The position numbers were made by a program, and so were the translations under genes. Under the pieces are notes generated by a model. The model was not told the DNA's origin. It did no database searches and saw only the letters and a program-made list of their open reading frames with translations. From positions 1 through 12,346 of the forward strand of contig JBBQFH010000054.1 of NCBI GenBank assembly GCA_038321865.1: a DNA stretch of 12,346 nt, read 5' to 3'. Shown piece after piece: positions 1-6,948 of this stretch. The stretch's first letter is position 1, and every line of letters begins with the position of its first letter. The DNA is from Gemmatimonadales bacterium (GTDB lineage Bacteria; Gemmatimonadota; Gemmatimonadetes; Gemmatimonadales; GWC2-71-9).

Positions 1-828
1 TAGGGTGTTGATCTGGGGGTGGCCGTCCTGAGTGGCCACTACGGCTTGTGTGCATGCCTGGTGGGGGGTTGGGAGGGGGGGCGGGGGGGGGGGGGGCGGC
101 GGGGTGGTCGCCGTGGTCGTCACAAAGTCGGAGACTAGCGCTTCCGCGAGCCGGTCCCCGGTGAGGTCGGTGATGGCGTCCCCAACGCTGAGTGTATAGG
201 CGGTCGTCGAGGCGAGCGGCGCCGCCGGCACGAACTCGATGCCGACGCTCGAGCCCGCGAGCGGGCGCAGCGCCCCCGCCACCGGCTGGCCGTTCTGCAG
301 CAGCCGGACCGTGCTGGAGGTCACCGTCGCCAGATCCACCGGCTCGCTGAAGATCACGGCGACCGACGCGTTGATCGCCACATCGGTGCGGCCGCTGGCC
401 GGGCTGGTGCGCACCACACGCGGCGGCCGGCGGATCGGAACAACGGCCTTCGCCAGACTCACGCCGCCACCGGACAGTACGATCGTGATCGCCAGTGTGT
501 CGCCGGCGGCCGCCGGGATCGCTACGGGATCGAAGCCGCCGTCGACCAGCGTGACCGGGCGCGAAGCGCCGCTCCGCAGGTCACGGATAGTCCCGGTCGT
601 GCCATCGGGCATGGCACCTGGCGTGAGCGACACGAACGCGACTGGCTCAAGCGCTGAGACGTTCGCCGCCACGGCACCTGTGGCCATCACACCGCCCGCG
701 GCCACCGTGTTCGATACGACCGGCGTAAAGCCCCCGGCTGGGACCGGCCCGGTCGCGGTCGGCGCATCGCTGCATGCGACGGCCGACAGCGAGATGAACC
801 AGATCCAACACAGCGCCGAGCGTCGCAT
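1..828 (-). CDS. Putative lipoprotein, 3'-partial: signal peptide, unnamed 'GGFDPV' beta domain, Big_5/SbsA-type Ig-like domain, poly-Pro linker, then probably a Kelch region. Paralog of 920-2836.
   Basis: Not in the ORF track; translated by hand. ATG at 828 follows GGGAGAGGAAG (RBS-like). Reads MRRSALCWIWFISLSAVACSDAPT...GGFDPVAIPAAAGDTL...PRVVRTSPASGRTDVAINASVAVIFSEPVDLATV...IEFVPAAPLASTTAYTLSV...GDRLAEALVSDFVTTTATTPPPPPPPPP, with no stop before position 1. Lipobox-like AVAC. Confidence 0.88.
   Translation of the reverse strand, partial: MRRSALCWIWFISLSAVACSDAPTATGPVPAGGFTPVVSNTVAAGGVMATGAVAANVSALEPVAFVSLTPGAMPDGTTGTIRDLRSGASRPVTLVDGGFDPVAIPAAAGDTLAITIVLSGGGVSLAKAVVPIRRPPRVVRTSPASGRTDVAINASVAVIFSEPVDLATVTSSTVRLLQNGQPVAGALRPLAGSSVGIEFVPAAPLASTTAYTLSVGDAITDLTGDRLAEALVSDFVTTTATTPPPPPPPPPLPTPHQACTQAVVATQDGHPQINTL
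63..104. repeat. G-homopolymer cluster (G6 at 63-68, G7 at 75-81, G14 at 83-96) encoding a poly-proline linker on the minus strand
   Basis: Directly visible. Reads as CCC/CCG codons giving nine consecutive Pro. Confidence 0.9.
341..828. repeat. Direct repeat copy 1 (5' block of the left lipoprotein gene); partner is 2349-2836
   Basis: Ungapped hand alignment at offset 2008 gives about 57 mismatches in 488 bp (~88% identity). Confidence 0.95.
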
Positions 829-919
829 CAAGACTTCCTCTCCCAAGAATGTTGTGGTTCCACACTCCCTATCGCGGCAATAGTATCAAGCGCGCGGCCG
901 CTTCCGCTGATCGACTCGG

Positions 920-2836
920 CTAGCGCCGCGAAGCAGGAGATGGATAGACCACCAGCCCGTCCTGGCCCAGCAGATACAACACATTTCCGTTCCATGCCAT
1001 GCCGTCGCAGATCTGCGCCCAAGCGGCAGATACAGAGTGGATCGTCCATGTCCCAGTCAGCGGCTCATATTCGCCAAGTCCGTCATTGGAGGCCACATAC
1101 ACCCGGCCCGCGTGACCCGCGATGCATGCTGGTAAGATATTCGGCGAATTCCCCACGAGCGTCGGGGGCATCGGAGGCAGTGCGCTCCAGCTGTCGGTGG
1201 CGGGGTCGTACACACTCAACGCCAGATCGCCTTGCACATCGATCAGTCCACCTGCGACGTAGATCAACCCGTTCACGGCCACTGTCCCGCCTCCCGGATG
1301 CTCGATGGGCAGCGATGCCCGACTCGTCCACCTGTTTGTAGCCGGATCGTAGGCGTCAACCGTTGAATCGAAGCCAGAAGCCCCATAGCCGCCAACGGCG
1401 TACAAGATCCCATTCACAACGGCGATGCCAACGCCGGATTTCGGGTGCGGGAGTGGGGCCCGAGTCGTCCAGGTGTTCGAGATCGGGTCATAGGCCTCCA
1501 CAACCGGCGATGGGGATGTGAACCCCAGCTCAGTGTAGCCGCCGACCGCATACAGAATCCCGTTCATCTCAACGATTTGCTCGGCATAGCGAGCCGTAGG
1601 CATCGGCGCGCGGGTGCTCCAGGTATTGGTGGCCGGGTCATAGGCCTCGACCGTTGCCACCACGGATGGGTTTTCGTCGGCCCATCCCGTGGAATGTTGC
1701 CCGCCGATCACATAGACGAGGCCGTTTACCACCCCGCCGCCCACCGAGAGCCTCACCGTTGGATAGGTTACCATGACCCCCGTCGGGCACTGCCCTGGGC
1801 AGATCCCAAATTCCTCGCTCAGAGCGGGATTGAGGCCGCTTCCGGTCGCCTTGAGGCGATGCCTGCCAGCCTCGGGAAACGTGATGTTCTCGAAAATTGC
1901 CCGGCCGTTCACGGCCGCGACCGTGGCAAGTTCACGCGTAACGGTCCAGGCGCCGCCGTCCAGCGTGTAGTTCCAGGTGAGGAGCGCCAGCGTCACCAGG
2001 CCAGTGTAGGCGGGAATCGTGGAGTGCGACGATACGCCCTCGACGGACACACGCAGCAGCGTCGGGATGCCGGGAAAGCCACTGCTGGGCTGGCTCGCGA
2101 AGACGAGCATCATGCCTTCGCCAGCGGTCTGGAAGTCGCTCACCAGCGGCCCTTCGAGTCCGTCGCCGGTGCCATCGGCAATCGTGTTGGTCAGCACCAG
2201 TTGATACGCCGCACCCGACGACAGGGGCTGCGCCGGCACGAATTCGACGCCAACAGCCGACGCGGGATCTGGTCGAATCACGCCGGGCACCGCCACCCCG
2301 TCCTTGAGCAGCTGTAGCGATTGCGAATTGACGGTCGCCAGGTTGATGGGCTCGCTGAAGATCACCGCGATGGTCGCGTTGATGGCCACATCCGTGCGGC
2401 CTGTGGCCGGGCTGGTGCGCACCACACGCGGCGGCCGGCGGATCGGAACAACAGCCTTCGCCAGACTCACGCCGCCGCCGGCCAGTGCGATCGTGATCTC
2501 CAGTGTGTCGCCGGCGGCGGCAGGGATTGCCACGGGGTCGAAGCCACCTTCCACCAGCGTGACCGGACGCGAAGCGCCGCTCCACAGGTCACGGATCGTC
2601 CCGGTCGTGCCATCTGGCACGGCACCTGGCGTGAGCGACACGAACGCGACTGGCTCCAGGGCGGACAGGCTCGGCGCCACCGCGCCGGCGGACGCCGCGC
2701 CCGTTCCAGTCACGGCGTTCGATACGACCGGCGTAAAGCCCCCGGCCGGGACCGGTCCGGTCGGTGTCGGCGCATCGCTGCATGCGACGGCCGACAGCGA
2801 GATGAACCAGATCCAGCAGAGCGCCGAGCGTCGCAT
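920..2836 (-). CDS. Putative lipoprotein (638 aa): signal peptide, 'GGFDPV' domain, Big_5-type Ig-like domain, second Ig-like domain, C-terminal Kelch beta-propeller
   Basis: The track ORF 920..3034 is over-extended into the anti-sigma gene. ATG at 2836 follows GAGGAAGG and matches the paralog start at 828. Kelch repeats: VYVIGG...VEAYDPATNTW, LYAVGG...VEAYDPISNTW, LYAVGG...VDAYDPATNRW, IYVAGG...VYDPATDSW, plus two degenerate blades. Confidence 0.92.
   Translation of the reverse strand: MRRSALCWIWFISLSAVACSDAPTPTGPVPAGGFTPVVSNAVTGTGAASAGAVAPSLSALEPVAFVSLTPGAVPDGTTGTIRDLWSGASRPVTLVEGGFDPVAIPAAAGDTLEITIALAGGGVSLAKAVVPIRRPPRVVRTSPATGRTDVAINATIAVIFSEPINLATVNSQSLQLLKDGVAVPGVIRPDPASAVGVEFVPAQPLSSGAAYQLVLTNTIADGTGDGLEGPLVSDFQTAGEGMMLVFASQPSSGFPGIPTLLRVSVEGVSSHSTIPAYTGLVTLALLTWNYTLDGGAWTVTRELATVAAVNGRAIFENITFPEAGRHRLKATGSGLNPALSEEFGICPGQCPTGVMVTYPTVRLSVGGGVVNGLVYVIGGQHSTGWADENPSVVATVEAYDPATNTWSTRAPMPTARYAEQIVEMNGILYAVGGYTELGFTSPSPVVEAYDPISNTWTTRAPLPHPKSGVGIAVVNGILYAVGGYGASGFDSTVDAYDPATNRWTSRASLPIEHPGGGTVAVNGLIYVAGGLIDVQGDLALSVYDPATDSWSALPPMPPTLVGNSPNILPACIAGHAGRVYVASNDGLGEYEPLTGTWTIHSVSAAWAQICDGMAWNGNVLYLLGQDGLVVYPSPASRR
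2349..2836. repeat. Direct repeat copy 2 (5' block of the 920-2836 gene); partner is 341-828
   Basis: Same hand alignment as copy 1. The first 24 encoded residues are identical. Confidence 0.95.
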
Positions 2837-2859
2837 GATGACTTGGCCTTCCTCAGAAT

Positions 2860-2887
2860 GTCGCAGCTTCGTGAGACGAGGTTTACA
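2860..2887 (-). promoter_or_regulatory. Possible ECF-type promoter TGTAAAC-N17-CGAC upstream of the 920-2836 gene
   Basis: Fits the generic ECF pattern AAC-N16/17-CGWC and lies just upstream of the RBS. Its spacer contains CGTCTCA, which resembles the -10 half of the cluster motif. Confidence 0.3.
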
Positions 2888-2946
2888 ACAACGGCGAGCG
2901 GCTATGCCACAGCTTCGAAAGGAGGACGCGGTGGGAAGCATTGTCC

Positions 2947-3720
2947 TCATTGCAACACCGCGCGCCCAACCGAGAACGCCGTAAGCTCCGACTGGGTCCA
3001 GCGATCGAAGCCGACCCGCGCCTCCACCCGCCACCAGTAAGCGACCCCCTCAGCCAGAGGCACGCTCGCCGGGACGGCCGCCGCGGTATCCGCCGTCGTG
3101 CCTTCCCACACGATGGACCCCTCGGCGTCGAACACCGTTACGCGATACTGGCGCGCCTCGGCCGTCGGCCTCCAGACGAGCCGAATCGGGCGGGACACCG
3201 CCACATCCGCTGGCGTCAGCACCACCGGACCGGCGGCCGCCACTGGAGACACGTCGCGATAGACGGTTTGACCGGCCGGCACGGTGCCTGGCGTCCGGGC
3301 GAGCAGCACAGCGACGGCGACGACGGCCGCGACTGCGCCGAAGGCGAGCGCATGTCGCTGCCAGCCATGGCGCACCGGCCGTTCCAGTCGCTCGATCTCG
3401 GCCGCCAGCGATGCCTGGCCCGTGGCCGAGGCCACGGCCGAGACTTCGGCGCGACACGCGGCGCACTGTGCCAGATGGCCCAGTTCAACGGCCGTGCCGC
3501 CGCCATCTGCCAACCGCGCGACCGTGAACTCGTCCAGGCAGTTTGCTCCGGTCCGTACCCCTTCGTCCGCCCACCGAAGCTCGTCAGCCAGGCCCTTGAG
3601 CTGTTCCAGCGCCGGCCGGCACCATTCACACCCGTCCGCGTGCGCGGCTGCGGCATGGTCATCGGCGCCCAGCGCCAGACGCATGAGAACGGCATCGGAT
3701 GGACAGAACGGGTTGGCCAC
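2947..3720 (-). CDS. Membrane-anchored zinc-binding anti-sigma factor with two tandem ZAS (zf-HC2-like) motifs, one TM helix and an extracytoplasmic FN3/Ig-like domain
   Basis: GTG start with GGAG 6 nt upstream. C6-x20-H27xxxC31xxC34 and C61-x20-H82xxxC86xxC89; hydrophobic segment ALAFGAVAAVVAVAVLLA; C-terminal LVW...YRVTV...YWWRVEA pattern. Directly downstream of a sigma factor gene. Confidence 0.88.
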   Translation of the reverse strand: MANPFCPSDAVLMRLALGADDHAAAAHADGCEWCRPALEQLKGLADELRWADEGVRTGANCLDEFTVARLADGGGTAVELGHLAQCAACRAEVSAVASATGQASLAAEIERLERPVRHGWQRHALAFGAVAAVVAVAVLLARTPGTVPAGQTVYRDVSPVAAAGPVVLTPADVAVSRPIRLVWRPTAEARQYRVTVFDAEGSIVWEGTTADTAAAVPASVPLAEGVAYWWRVEARVGFDRWTQSELTAFSVGRAVLQ

Positions 3721-3760
3721 GATGAGCTCCGGAGGATTGGAATACGCCGAACGATGTCAC

Positions 3761-3790
3761 ATGAAACGGATTGGAGGGCGGGAATTGCTC
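3761..3790 (-). promoter_or_regulatory. Candidate ECF promoter upstream of the anti-sigma gene (GAGCAATT-N12-TCCGTTTCAT)
   Basis: Aligns without gaps to 6949-6978 (GAGCAATC-N12-TCCGTCTCAT) and to 4633-4657. Confidence 0.6.
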
Positions 3791-3824
3791 GGGCGGGATG
3801 ATGGAAGGGGCTGAGGGTCCGGCG

Positions 3825-4589
3825 CTACAGGTCTCCCGGCGTCAGGCCCGCTCGTCCGAGCTCCCCGCGCAGCCTGGCAAGCGCTCGCGAGACCCGGTTG
3901 TAAACCGCCTTCGGGTTGGGCCATCCGACGATCCGGGCGACCTCGGCGGCAGGCAGCTCGTCCACGACGAACAGTTGGACCGCCAGGCGGTCGGTCACGT
4001 CGAGCACCGCGAGGAGCCGGGACACCCGCGCTGCCCCGTCGCTGGCCACTGCGTTCTCCTCCGGCGACGGCACTGCCGATCCGACGAGTTCGGGCATGCC
4101 ACGGCGGCCACCGCCGCCACGGCGGCCGGCCGCCCGGTAGGTCACCCGGAGCGCCTCGGCGAAATCGTGCGCGCTGACAGCGGGGCCATCGGATTGCTGC
4201 AGGCGTCCGAAGCACTCGTCGTGGGAATTTCCCTCCACGAAGACGGCCTGATACACGCGCTGCTGAAGTGCGGTGAGGTTCGCCGGAACCGTGCGTCGCG
4301 GCCGGCCGTCGCGATGGCGGAGCCAGTCGACGGTAAGGTTCCGGACGACAGCGACGAGCCAGGTAGAGAATCGCGCGCCGCCGGATGGCGCATCCGCATA
4401 GCGCCGAAGCCGCGCAAGCTCGTTACGACGCAGCGACTCACAGACGTAGGCGAACACGTCCATGACGTCATCGGCATCGGTGGCGAAATGACGGATCGCG
4501 GAAAAAATCAACCGGCGATACCGGTCGATGAAGAGGGTCCACGCGGCTTCGGCGCGTCCGGCCTGCAACTCCTCGAGCCAGGGATCCAA
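3825..4589 (-). CDS. Sigma-70 family ECF-type RNA polymerase sigma factor (254 aa) with an enlarged linker
   Basis: TTG start with GGAG 7 nt upstream. Sigma2 features: AWTLFIDRYRRLIF, DADDVMD, RFSTWLVAVVRNLTVDWLR. Sigma4: LDVTDRLAVQLFVVDELPAAEVARIVG...VYNRVSRALARLR. Adjacent to a ZAS anti-sigma gene. Confidence 0.93.
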   Translation of the reverse strand: MDPWLEELQAGRAEAAWTLFIDRYRRLIFSAIRHFATDADDVMDVFAYVCESLRRNELARLRRYADAPSGGARFSTWLVAVVRNLTVDWLRHRDGRPRRTVPANLTALQQRVYQAVFVEGNSHDECFGRLQQSDGPAVSAHDFAEALRVTYRAAGRRGGGGRRGMPELVGSAVPSPEENAVASDGAARVSRLLAVLDVTDRLAVQLFVVDELPAAEVARIVGWPNPKAVYNRVSRALARLRGELGRAGLTPGDL

Positions 4590-4632
4590 ACGGCTCTCCA
4601 GGCTGGGAGACGCGCGGTGCGGCAGTCCCGCT

Positions 4633-4663
4633 AGACATACCGTGCGATGCCGATTGCCGCAAG
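4633..4663 (-). promoter_or_regulatory. Candidate promoter region of the sigma gene: GCAATC-N7-CACGGT-N2-GTCT overlapping CTTGCGGC-N15-GTATGTCT
   Basis: Both sub-motifs recur with identical spacing at 6952-6976 and 6979-7009. Confidence 0.6.
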
Positions 4664-4685
4664 CGGGCCGGGTGTGGTACCAGCG

Positions 4686-6881
4686 CTATGGCTGGTAGGC
4701 GAACAGCTGCCGGCCCAGCGCGGCGTACAGGACCTCATTCACGACGCCGACGGCTAGCGTCGTTGCTCCGAAGGGCAGCGGCGCGCCCGGCTGCCAGCTG
4801 TTCGTAGCCGGATCGTACGCCTCGACCGCGCCCTGCGAGCTGCCGTCGCTGCGGCTTCCGCCCACGACATACAGCAGATCGCTCAACACGGCTGCGCCCG
4901 CGTTGAACCGCGCGGTCAGCATCGGCGCCCGGCTCGACCAGATGTTGGCGGCGGGATCGTAGGCGTCCATTGTCTTGGAGTACGCCTGGCCAGTCCAGCC
5001 TCCCACCACATAGAGTTTCCCGTTCAGGCCACTCACCGCCGGACTCTCGAGCGGGGTTGGCAGGGCGGGCCGGGGCGACCAGCTGTTAGTCGCCGGGTCG
5101 TAGGCCTCGACTGTCGCAAGCACCTGTCCGTGACCATAGCCTCCCGCGGCGTAGAGCGTGCCGTTGACGACGCCCACTCCGGGACCCGTGCGCCCGGTGG
5201 GCATCACCTGCCGGGGCGACCAAATGTTCGTTGCCGGGTCGTAGGCGTCCATCGTCGCACTTTCATTGGAGCTGCCATCGAAGCCGCCCACGACATAGAG
5301 AATGCCGTTCACGACGCCTATCCCGAAGTTGCCCCGATCCGATGGCATGGGCGCCTTCGTGCTCCAGCTGTTCGTGGCCGGATCGTATGCCTCTACCGTG
5401 CGCGACGCAGGCGGGTAGTAGTAGTAGGAGGATGACTGGTCGTAGCCACCGACGAGATAGAAAATGCCGTTGATGACCGCTCCCACTGCTCCCGAACGCG
5501 CCGACGGCGGCGGGGCCTTGGGAATCCAGTGGCTGGCCGTGATTGCGAACGGGGTGCTGATCGTCCCCGTGACGCCGGGCTCCGCCGTCGACGCGACGAG
5601 CGTGTAACCGGTACCGGCCGTGCTCAGCCCGAGGTCGGAGAAGTCTGCGACCCCGTTGACCACCCGAACGGTCGTCGTGCCCGACAGCGTCGCGCCGGCA
5701 GGGTGGCTGCCCAGGGCGAGCGTGACGGAACCGCCAAACAACAGATCAACGTTTCCCGCGCCGTTCCGAACCGTTACGCGCACCGGCGGAAGTGCGAATC
5801 CGGCGATGCCGTCGGCCGGCTGCACGGTAAAGAAGAGCGCACTGTTCGATCCGAATGGAAAGCTGGTCGCGCCGGCCATTCCTGCCGCGGTCGCGGTAAG
5901 CGTGCAGCCGCCGCCGGCCCGGTCGATACGCAGGTCAGGGAAATTGGCGATGCCGCTGACCGCGACGACGTGCGTGGTCCCGGACAGGATGCCGCAATCG
6001 GGATTTGCCCCAAGCGCGACGGTCACCTCGCCGACAAACGACGTCAGCGTGACGCCGTTCCCGTCGCGAGCCCGCACCTGCAGGGCCGGCGTGAGGGGCG
6101 CATTGGGTACGAAGAGACCCGGCTGCACGGAGAACTCGAGCGCCGGCACGTAGGAGGCAATAACGCCACTTGCACCCGCTGCAAATCCTGCTGCCGAAGC
6201 CGTCAGGATATAATCGCGTCCGGCCTTGTCGATCCTCAGGTTGTCGAAGGTGGCGACGCCATTGACCGCATGGACCCGCGTCACGCCGGAGAGTACCGCC
6301 CCGGTTGCGTTCGGCCCCAGTGTAATCGTCACTTCACCCGAGAATGTATGCCCGGGGTCCTCGGGGTCCTCGGCGGTGACCTGGATCGCGGGGCTGATCG
6401 GGTCCCCCACCACGAACCCCGTGAGCTGTGGCACGAAACTGAGATAGGCCGCACGCACGACGTCGAACCGGGCACTCGTGGCGCTGCTGCGGGCGGGCGC
6501 GGTGGCCGTGAGCGTGTAGCCCACGCCGCTGGTCATCATGCGGAGCCCGGGAAACAGCGCGATGCCGCGCACAGCCTGGACGGAACGGCTCCCGCTCAGC
6601 GTGCCCGGCGGTGCGTTCTCGCTGACCGCGACCGAGACCAGACCGGTATAGCTCGCGTCGGTGTTTCCGTCGCGAGTGACGGCAGCGACCTGGACGATCG
6701 GGGCCAGCACCGACCCGGCGGGAATGGGCGACCCGGGCGACGAAATGAATACCAGCCCCGGCGCATCCGCCGCCGGCTGGGTGGGGCCCAGCGGTGTGTC
6801 GGCCCGGCAGCCGAGCAACTGTGAGAGGGTCAGGCAACAGACCATCGCGACAGCGCGGCTGGACGCACGACTGAGTGGCAT
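4686..6881 (-). CDS. Putative lipoprotein (731 aa) with four tandem ~100-aa Ig-like repeats and a C-terminal six-bladed Kelch propeller
   Basis: Best start is ATG 6881 (GGAG 6 nt upstream); ATG 6887 is an alternative. Lipobox LLGC. Four repeats of LxFxxQP...V.V...GxVTxxL...LSGT..V.AVxGxAxFxxLxIxxAGxxYTLTA at about 6755-5538. Kelch repeats LYxVGG...(V/M)(E/D)AYDPA(T/A)NxW at about 5528-4689. Confidence 0.93.
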   Translation of the reverse strand: MPLSRASSRAVAMVCCLTLSQLLGCRADTPLGPTQPAADAPGLVFISSPGSPIPAGSVLAPIVQVAAVTRDGNTDASYTGLVSVAVSENAPPGTLSGSRSVQAVRGIALFPGLRMMTSGVGYTLTATAPARSSATSARFDVVRAAYLSFVPQLTGFVVGDPISPAIQVTAEDPEDPGHTFSGEVTITLGPNATGAVLSGVTRVHAVNGVATFDNLRIDKAGRDYILTASAAGFAAGASGVIASYVPALEFSVQPGLFVPNAPLTPALQVRARDGNGVTLTSFVGEVTVALGANPDCGILSGTTHVVAVSGIANFPDLRIDRAGGGCTLTATAAGMAGATSFPFGSNSALFFTVQPADGIAGFALPPVRVTVRNGAGNVDLLFGGSVTLALGSHPAGATLSGTTTVRVVNGVADFSDLGLSTAGTGYTLVASTAEPGVTGTISTPFAITASHWIPKAPPPSARSGAVGAVINGIFYLVGGYDQSSSYYYYPPASRTVEAYDPATNSWSTKAPMPSDRGNFGIGVVNGILYVVGGFDGSSNESATMDAYDPATNIWSPRQVMPTGRTGPGVGVVNGTLYAAGGYGHGQVLATVEAYDPATNSWSPRPALPTPLESPAVSGLNGKLYVVGGWTGQAYSKTMDAYDPAANIWSSRAPMLTARFNAGAAVLSDLLYVVGGSRSDGSSQGAVEAYDPATNSWQPGAPLPFGATTLAVGVVNEVLYAALGRQLFAYQP

Positions 6882-6948
6882 GGTCATCTCCGGGGGGCCG
6901 AACGTTCGCCAGCGCCAGCCGGCGGATCGCGGACGCAATCCATGGGAT

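Noticed and set aside
341..2836. Diversity-generating retroelement template/variable repeat pair
   Set aside because: Mismatches are not adenine-specific and many are synonymous, both copies are 5' coding ends, and there is no reverse transcriptase in the window.
3734..3798. Short repeats GGATTGGA x2, GGGCGGGA x2 and the palindrome ATGT-C-ACAT as a separate operator or ECF41-type promoter
   Set aside because: They are short and overlap the better-supported GCAATY-N15-GTYT motif, and TGTCACA has no correctly spaced CGTC partner.
4689..5528. Recurring GGATCGTAGGC/GGGTCGTAGGC-like units at roughly 140-bp spacing as a CRISPR or non-coding array
   Set aside because: They encode the AYDP motif of Kelch repeats and vary at synonymous positions. 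No cas genes are present.
920..5528. Calling the Kelch proteins galactose oxidase or NanM mutarotase
   Set aside because: Only the generic propeller scaffold is visible. I could not identify catalytic residues or accessory domains.
239..6824. Long plus-strand ORFs (239-883, 1445-2317, 2304-2984, 2321-3040, 2941-3801, 3771-4634, 5529-6824)
   Set aside because: These are antisense shadows of motif-supported minus-strand genes in GC-rich DNA. The similarity between 239-883 and 2304-2984 only reflects the duplication.
6899..6908. CGAACGTTCG as a Gram-positive-type SOS box
   Set aside because: It lacks the 4-nt spacer of CGAAC-N4-GTTCG, and the downstream gene is not repair-related.
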